From assembly GCA_001643675.2 (NCBI GenBank), contig LSRY02000021.1:930001-994000 (forward strand): a stretch of 64,000 nt of DNA, given 5' to 3'. A model generated the notes under the pieces. It was not told where the DNA came from and did not search any database. It saw only the letters and a program-made list of their open reading frames with translations. This document shows positions 1-10,609 of the stretch, piece by piece (positions within the stretch are counted from its first letter, which is position 1; the number at the start of each line of letters is the position of its first letter). The translations under genes were made by a program, and so were the position numbers. The stretch is from Monocercomonoides exilis PA203. Lineage: Eukaryota > Protista > Preaxostyla.

Positions 1-950
1 TCATCCAAATCCCATGGCTCGCTGCATATGTTGCGTTGTTCAGCAAGAGTTCTGCAGATCAATCACATCCCTCGTGTCTGAAACGCTCCTTCTCGCTAAC
101 ACATTTGTATTGCATAATCTGCTCTTTCCAAAAATACCACAAGGGATGGGCAGCAAGAAGGAGGAAATAGAAGAACAAGGAGAGGAAGAGGAGGAGCTTG
201 GGTTCAGTTATGTCAAGAGATTTCTGTGCGAGAGAAGAGGAGAATGTAGCTGGAGATGAATGAGAGAGTGGCTCTGGAGAAGTTCCAACAAGAACAGAAG
301 GGGCAGACAATTGTGTGTGTGGCAAGGAAGAAAAAGGAGGAGAAGCAAATGTTGAGGAGGCTGTGATGTTTTGAGTGTGCAGCTGGGCAGATGAGAGTGT
401 GCTGCCGAACGAGTAAAATGTTTGCTGCTGTTCATCATCATTTTCATCACCTCCCTCTTCTCTTTCCCTGTCCCTCCTCCTCCTTTCCGTTGCTGCATGT
501 GCAAGTCTTGTGTCGAAAGCATCAATTTGCGATGTTCAAAACTCGTCTTTCTCCTTCGTCTTCGTCTTCGCCTTTGGCTCTTCCTGCTACCTCCTTTTCC
601 TCTGCTCTGCGCTAAATTCACTTCTGGAATCCGCCATCTTTGCCTCTTCCATTTAGCATGTGCTTCTCTCCCTTCGCTTCTAGGCGGTGCCATAATGCGA
701 GAAGATGGGAGCAACGTCCCTGAGAGCTCCTTCCGCTTCCCACTGCCATTCCTCCTGCGATGCCCATTCACCTCATTCACTCCGTTCAGCACAGCCTTAG
801 CGCGGAAGCTGTATGAAGTGCTGAAGCAGAGCGGAATGCACCTCTGTGGAAGAGGATAACAGTTCAAATGAAAGCTCAGCAATCCCACAGATGGTATAGA
901 TAGCAAAAATGAAAATGTTGAGAACATGGAAATCGAATGAAGCATTATTT
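1..950 (-). pseudogene. Decayed fragment of the Cys-rich GGA-repeat membrane protein family (runs off window start)
   Basis: Higher-GC, coding-like minus-strand sequence with broken frames. Remnants resemble family motifs (Gly-rich GGG stretches, GRDV-like, Ser runs). No intact ORF. Confidence 0.4.
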
Positions 951-3227
951 GGTGAGTGAAATCAAGCTGCTAATTGAACATCATATATGAATTTGAAATG
1001 TGATGATTCAAATGACATGAAATGACAGGAAATATCATTGAAAAAGAGGAGGAAGGTGAATGTTTGATGTTACAGAGAAATCCATTAAGAATCTGATGAT
1101 ATTTCCGAAGAAAAATATGAGAAGTTCAATGTGATGTTTTCGCTAAATGCAAAATCGTATAAAGCAAGTTGACTCCACAAGAAGACAACAATCCAAATTG
1201 CTATATTTTTGGCAATCAATCTCCAATAAATCAATAAAGTTGGATTTCTTCAAGTCAATTCACCAACTTTTTGCGATTTCCTCTCATCTCCCCTCAAAAT
1301 ATAAAATGAAGATATTTCTCAATTTCTTTTCTTTTCTATTTTTCATCTTCCATTCAGCTCTCACTATTCTCTGAAAAATATCAATCCCTTCCTTTTCTTC
1401 ATCTTTCACATTCTCTTCCTCTTTTCTCCTCTCAAAAAAATACACTTCTTTCAAGCCTTTCAACATTTCTCAATTTTCCTTTTCTTTCAAGCTTTTGCCC
1501 TCTTTTCTTTCTCTTCAAAATCCATTTCTCCAATCAGCAATAATCACCTTCTCATCATCTCCAATCACCCTTCTATATATTTACTATATTATCTTCTCCG
1601 AATTTCCACCTGTTCCTTCCTCACCCCTTTGTCTCAGATTATCTTTTATATAAAAATCCCTCTCGTAATATTAACATACAAAAATACGCTCAACAACCAC
1701 TCCCTGCCACGAATAATCTTCTTCGATCTCCTCTCTGCCCCATATCCCTCATGTGCCATGTGTTGGTGAGATAAACATCAAAAACGATAAAGGATATTTG
1801 AGAATTTTATTAAAGGAGAAGATCATGGCCGAAAAGAAAAAAACACATCTGGGCATCCACCACAATGTGCACGGGTTGAGAAGACACTCCAGTGAGATAT
1901 ATGAATTATTTCGTGGAAATGCATTCCATGCTGCATTCAACCATTCTGATGCTGAAATGAAGAGATTGAATTTTTGAATGATGATGGCTGTGGAGATGAG
2001 TGTGTTTGGCAAAAAACAGCCGAAGGGCAGTCTGGTATTTATTTATTTTTTTGTATATGAATATTAGCCTTTTGATGTTTTTGTGTTGTTTTCAGGGCAG
2101 GAGGTGGAAATGAATGAAAATGAATGAAAGCGGAATATTTCGTTGTTCAGGGTAAGCATCGAGTTGAGAGAGCGAATTCATATGGAAAGTACCCAGGGTG
2201 AAGGGATTCGAATGAAATTGGAGATGATTTATTCTGACGAAAAACAATGATATTTTTCAATGAGAAAAATGAAATTGAAGAAAATACATAAGTTTCACAT
2301 TTTTTGGAAGAGCAAGAAATCGATGCTTTTGATGGAGAAATGACTTCTGGAAAGGATGGTTGGAGAGTCAGATGTTGAAACGCTGAAAATTTATCGATTT
2401 CAACTTTTCTAATTCTATTCTATTTCAATGACATTATATAACAGTTTTTAGCTTAAGACATTGATTAATTATGTATTGTGATTATTGTTATTATGTTTTT
2501 CAAGCCAGCAAACTTAAGTTTTGTTCTGTTAATTGAATTTTCGATATTTTTTCGATATATTTTGAAATTCTTTCACAAATTTTGAATAAAAACGATTAGA
2601 AATAAATTAAAATCAACTAATAAGTAATAATAATTATATATTATATAATAATTTAAAGTCTTTTCAAATAATATTTTTCTTATCAACCCCACCCTTAATG
2701 AAGATTTTTATGATCAAACGTCGGAATTATTTATGATATCAAAAAAAAATATCCCATATGTTATTCATTTTGAAATGTCGTATTTGTGTTTTTTTTCATA
2801 AGTTTTGTTCTGCATGCTGTTTTTTCATTGTGTTTTTGCAACTGATATTTCTTATTTTGTCTCTTGATAAAGCGATCAGATATTTTGTCCATTGTTTTAT
2901 ATTTGTATACTGTGATTATAACTGAAGATTGCAAAAATTAATCATCATAAAATAGAAGAAGAAAAAAATAATAAAATTTGATAAAATTTATTATAATGAA
3001 AAACAATAACAAAAGAAATCAGATATTTAAAATTAGTAATCTTTCAAATTCAAAAAAAAAAAAAAAACGATAAGATAAGATTAATTGTTCGAAACATGAG
3101 AAATGAACCTACTGCTTAAAGAAAATTGCCACATTTCAACTTATATTTAGGTTTTCTTATTGATTTTTCCTTTTGTTGCAATTGAGCATAACAAATAATT
3201 TGTAAGAAATTTTGTTATTCATAATTT

Positions 3228-3737
3228 TTGGGAAAAATAAGACTTTCAAGCTTTTTTTGTCCAAAGCATGAAAAAATTGTTTCACTTGAAATTTTATTAA
3301 ACACTGTTTGATTTAATAATATGTCAAAATTTTTTTGAAAAGTTCCTTTTATTTAATTTTCAAAGAAAATAAAAATTTCGTATTTTCATCAATTTTTTGT
3401 TCCTACTCAAGAAACTTCACCAAAATGGAAACAAATCCAAAAGAATGTTATCATTTCCGTTTTTGTGAAGTTTCATAATTGGGAACATAAATTTGATCAA
3501 AATATGAAATTTTTGTTATATTAGAAAATTAAACAAAAGGAACTTTTCAAAAAATTTTATACATAAATTGGATTTTCATATCTGTAAACAAACACCATTG
3601 ATTTAAAATCAAAATGCTTGTGATCACACTAGAATATCTTTAAAAAAACGAGTCAAATTTTATGAATTTTTTGATTACAAAAAGTCCTTAGGTGCATAAT
3701 TTTTCTACAAAAATGTGTGAAGTAGGTATTTTGTCTT
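3228..3737 (-). mobile_element. 268-bp MITE family A, degenerate reverse-orientation copy interrupted by a 240-bp foldback
   Basis: 3228-3300 and 3565-3737 are the reverse complement of 4632-4899 (e.g. ctttcaagc..aaagcatgaaaaaattgtttcactt; gattttcatatctgtaaacaaacaccattgat). Confidence 0.75.
3323..3562. mobile_element. 240-bp foldback MITE family B, copy 1
   Basis: Imperfect palindrome gtcaaaatttttttgaaaagttcctttt...aaaaggaacttttcaaaaaattttatac. Flanks ATAT/ATAA. Same length as the copy at 5058-5297. Confidence 0.85.
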
Positions 3738-4631
3738 TATTGTTTGAAATTAGATTCCTTCACACAAATAAATACTTTAATTCAACAAAGATCGCTTGAT
3801 CCGCAACATCTTTTCAGGAATATTTCGTATTTCTTATCAGAATAAATTTGTGGCTTCTAAAATAAGAGTACAAGAGTTTAATATTTTGAAAACTTTGATA
3901 CACTTTAAAATATGTGTGAAATACAGAAATAAACATATAAGGAATTTTGATTTGGAATTTTTTTCATTTTTGCGATGAAGTTTTGTGATAAAAGTAAATT
4001 ATTTGTTATTGCAATAATTCATTTTGAAAATCATTTCTTTTGTTTATTAATTCACAAGTTATTGATCATTTTCTTTATATGAAAACAATATTTTTTGGAA
4101 ATGAAATTTCGTTAAAATAGCTATTACCTATTTATCGCTTCTCTTTTATTATCTTTTTGATTATTCATTATCATTTTTTCCTTTGACAATTTGTTCATTT
4201 TTAACTTGTTGAATTGAGCACACAAAAAATTGATTTGCATATTAATTATATCATACCGTTTAACATGGATGATAGAAAAGACAATTCGTGGAACCTATGA
4301 TTTTTCTTTCTTTCTTTTTTCTTTTTAATTCCAATCAGAAAATTGTGTTTTGCGCTAAGTGAAAAAGCAGATCGTTTCAAATCAATTCTAAATTGTTTTC
4401 ATTTAAAGTGGATGTCAATTTTTCATGACAATTGTTATCTTTCAAAAATCTCGTTTTGAAAAATAGTTTTTGAAAATTGTGAATGAAACGAAATTGTGAA
4501 ATGGTGAATAAAAGACAGTTTTAACGAAATGTTCATTCTATTTCTATTTTGTTCCACACAATATTTTGATTTCTCTATTTCAATTTTATTTATAATTTTT
4601 TAATAATTATTATTCATGAGATTGATAAAAT

Positions 4632-4899
4632 GGGACAAAATATTTGATTTCAGGCATTTTCATTGAAAATTAATGCACTTTTCATTGACCTTTCGAAATC
4701 AAAAAACACAATAAAAATGGGTTGATATTTTGAAATACATGTGAGGTCACAAAACATTTTGCAATTATATCAATGGTGTTTGTTCACAGATTTGAAAATC
4801 ATATTTTTTTGGAAATCCGGTTAAGTCAAAAAATGTTATAAGTGTAACAATTTTTTCTTGCTTTATGCAAAAATTGCTTGAAAGCCCAAATTTTCACCC
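4632..4899 (+). mobile_element. 268-bp MITE family A, copy with AAAT TSD
   Basis: GGGACAAAATATTT...TTTTCACCC flanked by AAAT on both sides (4628-4631, 4900-4903). Colinear with 21099-21366. Confidence 0.8.
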
Positions 4900-4977
4900 A
4901 AATAATAATAATATGATAGCTGATAAAGTTTGTACTAGATTGTTGTTTTTTTCTTTTATGAAAAATTTTAGTTACTA

Positions 4978-5580
4978 CAGTTTGTGCAAAAAATACCGGA
5001 CAAGATCGATTTCTCAATAATCGCAAGAGGAATAATTCTGACAATTTTCCTATAAATGTCTAAAATTTTTTGAAAAGTTCTTTATGTTTAATTTTCAAAT
5101 AAAGAAAAAATTACATGTTTTCATCAAATATCTGTTCCCACTCACGAAACTTCACAAAAATGGGAATAATAACATTGTAAAGGTTCTGTTTCCATTCCAG
5201 TTAGGTTTTGTAAGTGTGAACAGAAATTTGATCACTATATGAAATTTTTTCTTTATTTGAAAATTAAACAAAAGGAACTTTTCAAAAAAATTTAGACAAA
5301 TATATCTCATCAATACTAACTTATTAGTCATATCAAACTTTCACAGCTTCCTTGTTAATGCTCAGAAAAAAATGATAATTAAAAACTTGGAGAAACAAAA
5401 AATCCAATTTCTCCGAAATTTCAAAAATTGATATTTCTAAGCACAAATGAAGCTATTTTGAAAGTTTTGAATGTCAAATGAGTTTGTGTTTATGAGATAT
5501 ATTTATAGGAAAATTGTCAGAATAATTCCTCTTGCGATTATTGAGAAATCGATCTTGTCCGGTATTTTTCGCACAAACTG
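4978..5580. mobile_element. Tc1/mariner-pogo-type MITE with long TIRs (CAGTTTGTGC...), left TIR interrupted by a family B foldback
   Basis: 4978-5057 is the reverse complement of ~5501-5580 with one mismatch. Similarity resumes at 5302 after the insert. CAG...CTG termini. Left flank TA, right flank AA. Confidence 0.85.
5058..5297. mobile_element. 240-bp foldback MITE family B, copy 2 (inverted relative to copy 1)
   Basis: GTCTAAAATTTTTTGAAAAG...CTTTTCAAAAAAATTTAGAC. AAAT duplicated at 5054-5057 and 5298-5301. The empty site is readable from the opposite host TIR (cctataaatatatctcat). Confidence 0.88.
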
Positions 5581-6275
5581 AACTTGTCAATGATAATTTA
5601 AGCAGTAATGAAATATAACCTTTAGGCAATCATGAACCATTTTAATACATGCGATTTCAATAATTATCACCCATTCGAAAAATATTGAAAAAAACCGTTA
5701 AAGCTAAGGATCCCATTTCGAAAAACAAAAGAATACAAGTTCATATTATTCAACATTTTTTAGAAATAACATTTGAACTGTCAAGATCTAGAAATAATTT
5801 CAACTTTACGATTGAATTTCCTTCAAGTGCTTTCATATAATCGAAAAGCAAAAATTTGTATTTTAAAAAATCATTTTCACATAAAACAGTGAGATTCTTT
5901 TCAATAAAATTTGAAAAAGGTTACAATTGTAATTTATCCTAAATATTTTCAAAAAAAGTTCCAAATTGTGCTTTTGGTAAATTTGTTATAATAAGTGATA
6001 TTTTCAATAAAAAAGCATTCAAATATTCAAATCACGCCACAATTTTTGGTAGAATAGCACAAATAAAAGAAAAATCGCATTCAAAATACGTTTGACACAA
6101 CAATAAGATGCATAGCTAACTTTATCTCTTCGACTCAAATAATGATTATGCCTTGCAAACCCTAAACAGCTCCTTATGAAATTTACATTGAGATGAGATT
6201 AATACTTTGACTGGATTTTTAGTGTTAAAAAAGTCACTTCATTCATTCTATTGAGGAAAAGTAGAATTGGGTGAA

Positions 6276-7083
6276 TTATTTAAGGCCCCAAAGAATTTCC
6301 ATTTCATCGACAAAATCAACCAAATTTTCAACAGTTCTATCCTTTTCAAATTCCTCAGCTTTTTCTCCATAAAATCTGAAAAAGTCATGCATAAAAATCA
6401 AAATAAAATGTTAATTTTGAACATGCAAAAATTATCAACAAACAGCTTAACTGTTGGATATCCATTGATTTTAAAATAATTACATATTTCTAAACAATGA
6501 AGTCATGCGAAAAATATTATTAAAGATCATTTTAGTGAAAAAAATCAACAAACTATTTTGTTCAATACAATCAACTGCAGCAACATGAAGGATAGGGTCA
6601 TTTTGCATTTTTAAACCAAATTCTTCGTACGTGGGCATAAACATCTGGAAAACAAAAAACAAATACAAACTGAAACATTAATCTCTTTTTATTAATCTTC
6701 AAAAAACCTTGCACCATCCACATTTGTGACTATAACTATAAAAAAAAATAATAATAAAATATTAAAACGAAAATAATTTTCACAAACAATAACACCATCC
6801 ACAGTTCTTTTGTTTTTTGTATCATACGCAATTGGTCATCTGTAAGATTGTAGTAAGGCTGATCATCTATTAACTTTTCTTTAACAATAGTTTGACCTAT
6901 AAGTGTTGAAGAAGGTGAAGGTGTATTTGGTTTCGACAAGTCAGGTGAAGTAAATTCTCCATTTTCGCCTGGAAGAGACATTTGCCTGGTAGGAAGCCTT
7001 TTAATTCCATAGGCAAAAAATCCGACCATCGAAGTAATTAGAGATCCAATCAAAAAAGCACCGCGTAGCATAAAGGAAGCCAT
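6276..7083 (-). CDS. Thioredoxin/PDI-like protein with N-terminal signal/membrane anchor, CGWC active site, 5 exons
   Basis: Splicing four GT-AG introns gives ...WMVLFYSHKCGWCKMFMPTYEEFG...VAAVDCIEQNKICNYFKINGYPTVKLFYGEKAEEFEKDRTVENLVDFV...LK*, a classic thioredoxin-fold pattern. Exon 2 is 6708-6735. Confidence 0.88.
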
Positions 7084-7217
7084 GGCAAAAAATTTAGGAT
7101 TGTTTTTATAACCATAATAAAAATTACAATTTCGAAACAAAAAGTCAACTTGTTTCAAGATTATCTGAATTAACTTTTTTGCAACTTCTTTGAACACTCT
7201 TCCAAATTTTATTTACG
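7084..7217. promoter_or_regulatory. Putative compact bidirectional promoter
   Basis: 134 bp separate divergent start codons at 7083(-) and 7218(+). Confidence 0.45.
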
Positions 7218-10088
7218 ATGATTAATGTAACAGAAGTGGAAGAAGAACTTGAAAATGCTGATAAATACATAAAGGAACGGAAATTACTGAGAGATAAAAG
7301 AATAAAACAAAGAAAAGAAATTTCGAAAGAAAAAAGCAATACAAGTTCAGCTGAGTTTTCGAACGATCATGATGCGATTAATTCTGAAAAAATGGATGAA
7401 AAGTCAAAAATGAAAAGCGATGCTCTTATTTCAGAATGTGGTTCCAAAGATGACAGTGAATTTGAATATTTTCTAAAAAAGATTGATAAAAAAGTTAAGG
7501 ACATTACACAATCTCGTTCTGAAAAGGAACAAAAGATCTTATGTGAAATGTTTATAGCTCCTTCAAATCGTCATGATGTTCAATGGATGGAATCTCTTTC
7601 CAAAAGCGATAAAAAACACATGCAGTTAATGAAGACACTCGAAGAAACCAACGAAAAGAAGAAAAACCATCAGGTTTTATCAGATTTAATAAATCAAACT
7701 GCTATCGACTTGTGCGTGGAAGATGCAAATTTAGAATTGCATCAAGAAATTACTCATCGAGAAATGATCAAAAAACACATGGACGATACATCGAAAGAAC
7801 GTAGAGAATTAGAAGCTCTTAATTCATTAATTGAAAGAACTCATCGAATGAAAAAAATTGTTGATTGTTCAAAGACGCAGGAAAGAAAGAGAGAAGAGGA
7901 CAAAAGAAAGAAAGCAGATTTAAAAAGGCAAAAGGAGTTACAAGAACTTAGTAACATTGAAAGGGAAAACTTGGAAAATTTGAAAAGAGAAACAAAAATA
8001 TTTGAACAACAAAAAGCGAATTGGCAAAAAGAGAAAGAGAAAGAGAAACAAAGAAAAGATAGACTCCAACAGAAAAACACAGAAATGCAAGAAATGATGA
8101 ATCAACTTGAAAAAGAATACAAACAACAGGAAAAATTGTCAGCTGAAGCAAAAAGAGGAAGCGAGTTGAGACGAAAGAAAAATGAGATGGAATTGCTGTT
8201 ATTGAAGGAAAGCTTGGCCGAAGAGCTTGAGATGGAAAAGGAGGAGGAGTCCAGATTAAAGCACGAAATTCAGATTTTGGAGAGGAAGAGGAGAATTTTG
8301 GAAAGCGAAAGGAGAAGACTCAGAGAAAGAGCAGTTGAAAGAACAGAACAAGAAAAGGAATCAGAGCAAGATTCAGTTCAACAGCACCAGCAACAACCGT
8401 ATTATCCGTTGTATTATCCATATGCCTACCCTCTGTATACGATGCATCAATATGAAAATGCTTCAATGGCATCAAGCGAAGGATTTGAAGAAAAGACGGA
8501 AGAAAAGAAAGAAGAACGGAAAAAGAGAAGAATGTCTAAGAAAAATGAAGAAACATTTTGGGGAGAAATCGAAAGACGCTTCAAAAATGAATTTGGAGAG
8601 GAAGACGAAACAGAAGATGAGATTGAGAGTGATGACGGAGAAGAAGAGAAAGAAAAAAAGAAAAATAATTCTTCAGAAAAAGAGGGAAAAGGGAAAGAAA
8701 CCGAAAAGGAAGATTCAGATAAAACAGAGATTCAGAAGGAGTTAGCAAAATTGTCTCGACAACTTTTTACAACAATTATGAATGAGATGCGAAGTACTGT
8801 TGAAAAAGAAGAATTGAAGACAAGAAAGAGCGAGTTGCGAAGAATTAAAGAAAAAAATAGAGAAAAAATGTTGTTGAAAGAAGAGGAGAGGAAAATGGAG
8901 AGAATGAAAGAAAAAGAACTTGAAGAAAAGTTAAGAAAGTCCATCAAAACGTCATCTGTTGAAGATCTGAAACAATATTTAATGTATGGAGAACGTACCA
9001 GTCAAAAACCAGCTCTTCCAAAGGCGTACCGAGATCATTTAGCTACGCCTCTATCACGATTAACTGCAAACACAGAACTTGAGCCTTCACTTACTAGTTT
9101 TTCTTCAGAAAATCGCTTTCCTCCAACAAAAGACACAGTTTTAAAAGCTTCTTCGGAGCAATTTATTTCTCCGCTTGGCCAAGCACTGGAAGGTTACTCC
9201 TCACAGCGCAAAAAAACTTCATCAGAATCATCTTATTCATTAGCTGCAAATGATAACATTTTTGGTTACCAAAAAGAAGAACAAGCGAAGAGCAGTTCAT
9301 CTGATAATTTTCTTGCTCATTTGGATCCTTCATCGTTTGCCGCATCGCATTTTGCGGATGTGTTTCACAAGATGGATGAAGAAGAACAGAGTGCGAATAT
9401 TGAGCAAAGCAACTGTTTTGAGAGAGAGAAAGATGAGATTGCCAGTTCAACTCAAGCTCCTTCAACGAGAGATAGACAAATAGTTTCAAATGAACAAGAA
9501 AGATATGCTTCTTTTGAGAAAGGTGCAAAGAAATTCTTACGTCATTCACCACCTTCTTCTTCAACGCACAATTTCCTCCACACATTCAGTGCGTCTCCTC
9601 ATTCACTTGTTGAGCAGATGAGATCTGTTCAGGGCAAACGGAGTTCAGACACAGGTTGGATTGATAATTCAGATTTTTTGAAGAAAGAAGAAGAAGAAGA
9701 AGAAGAAGAAGAAGCTTCTGCTTTTGATTCATTTGCCAATGAAACGGATTCAAAACACAGAATAAATAATACTAAGCGTCATTCCCCGTCGCATATTGTT
9801 TCTTACAGGTCGACAATTGCAAGCAAAGAAAAGTCATCAGATGATCGTTTTTATAACTCAGCTCAAAGAGGAGCGATCGATAAAGCAAAAGAGATGAGTT
9901 CCGGTGACATTTCACGTGAATTCAGTTCAGAAACTAATCGTTCTAAAAAATCTTCTACGACCCCTTCATCCAAAGAAAATGTCTCATCCAAAGGAACAGA
10001 AACAGATAACTCGAGAAGTCCACGCACTCCTCGACAGAACACAAGAATGAAGAACTCAAAAGCTCAGAATTTAATGAAAAAGGTTTGA
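7218..10088 (+). CDS. Hypothetical 956-aa E/K/R-rich coiled-coil protein with Ser-rich C-terminus
   Basis: Long uninterrupted ORF in AT-rich DNA with charged heptad-like composition. No recognisable domain. Confidence 0.8.
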   Translation: MINVTEVEEELENADKYIKERKLLRDKRIKQRKEISKEKSNTSSAEFSNDHDAINSEKMDEKSKMKSDALISECGSKDDSEFEYFLKKIDKKVKDITQSRSEKEQKILCEMFIAPSNRHDVQWMESLSKSDKKHMQLMKTLEETNEKKKNHQVLSDLINQTAIDLCVEDANLELHQEITHREMIKKHMDDTSKERRELEALNSLIERTHRMKKIVDCSKTQERKREEDKRKKADLKRQKELQELSNIERENLENLKRETKIFEQQKANWQKEKEKEKQRKDRLQQKNTEMQEMMNQLEKEYKQQEKLSAEAKRGSELRRKKNEMELLLLKESLAEELEMEKEEESRLKHEIQILERKRRILESERRRLRERAVERTEQEKESEQDSVQQHQQQPYYPLYYPYAYPLYTMHQYENASMASSEGFEEKTEEKKEERKKRRMSKKNEETFWGEIERRFKNEFGEEDETEDEIESDDGEEEKEKKKNNSSEKEGKGKETEKEDSDKTEIQKELAKLSRQLFTTIMNEMRSTVEKEELKTRKSELRRIKEKNREKMLLKEEERKMERMKEKELEEKLRKSIKTSSVEDLKQYLMYGERTSQKPALPKAYRDHLATPLSRLTANTELEPSLTSFSSENRFPPTKDTVLKASSEQFISPLGQALEGYSSQRKKTSSESSYSLAANDNIFGYQKEEQAKSSSSDNFLAHLDPSSFAASHFADVFHKMDEEEQSANIEQSNCFEREKDEIASSTQAPSTRDRQIVSNEQERYASFEKGAKKFLRHSPPSSSTHNFLHTFSASPHSLVEQMRSVQGKRSSDTGWIDNSDFLKKEEEEEEEEEASAFDSFANETDSKHRINNTKRHSPSHIVSYRSTIASKEKSSDDRFYNSAQRGAIDKAKEMSSGDISREFSSETNRSKKSSTTPSSKENVSSKGTETDNSRSPRTPRQNTRMKNSKAQNLMKKV

Positions 10089-10609
10089 TATTTGTTTGTT
10101 TCAACAAATAATTTCAATATTTTGATTTATGTTTTGGGGAAAAAATATTTGTACATACATTTAAGCAAGTCCAACAGAAAAAAGAAACATTGTTGGAAAG
10201 AATTTACAGCAGAGCTTCGAGTAATTGATTGTCCAAACATGAGAACACTCACGAATAGTATTTGTTTTTTTTAAAAAAAAAATTAGAAATCTATTTTTGA
10301 CAAAAGAAATGCCATATCTTTATTTCTAATTGTTCTCAATTTATTCAACATTTTTCAAATACTTGTTTTTTATTTATTACATGAAAGAGGGAATTTTTTA
10401 AAAAGAAAAGCTATAATCGTTCTCTGAGCTTGACAAGAAAAATATAACCAAAAACTTTGCTTGTTTCTTATTTTTAGAAAATCACTTTTACACATTTCAG
10501 TGATTTTGAAGTGAAAAATGAAAAAATCAAAGAATTCTTGATCAATATATAATTTTAAGAATAACTTTATCAAAATTGAGATTTTTTGTTTTATTTGCTA
10601 ATTTAAAGA

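Noticed and set aside
1280-2400. Coding-like purine/pyrimidine-skewed fragments
   Set aside because: Probably old pseudogene debris with no supportable motif.
6736-7197. ORF-track start at 7197 and hydrophobic C-terminus
   Set aside because: The first ATG is at 7083, and the C-terminal residues are intron read-through.
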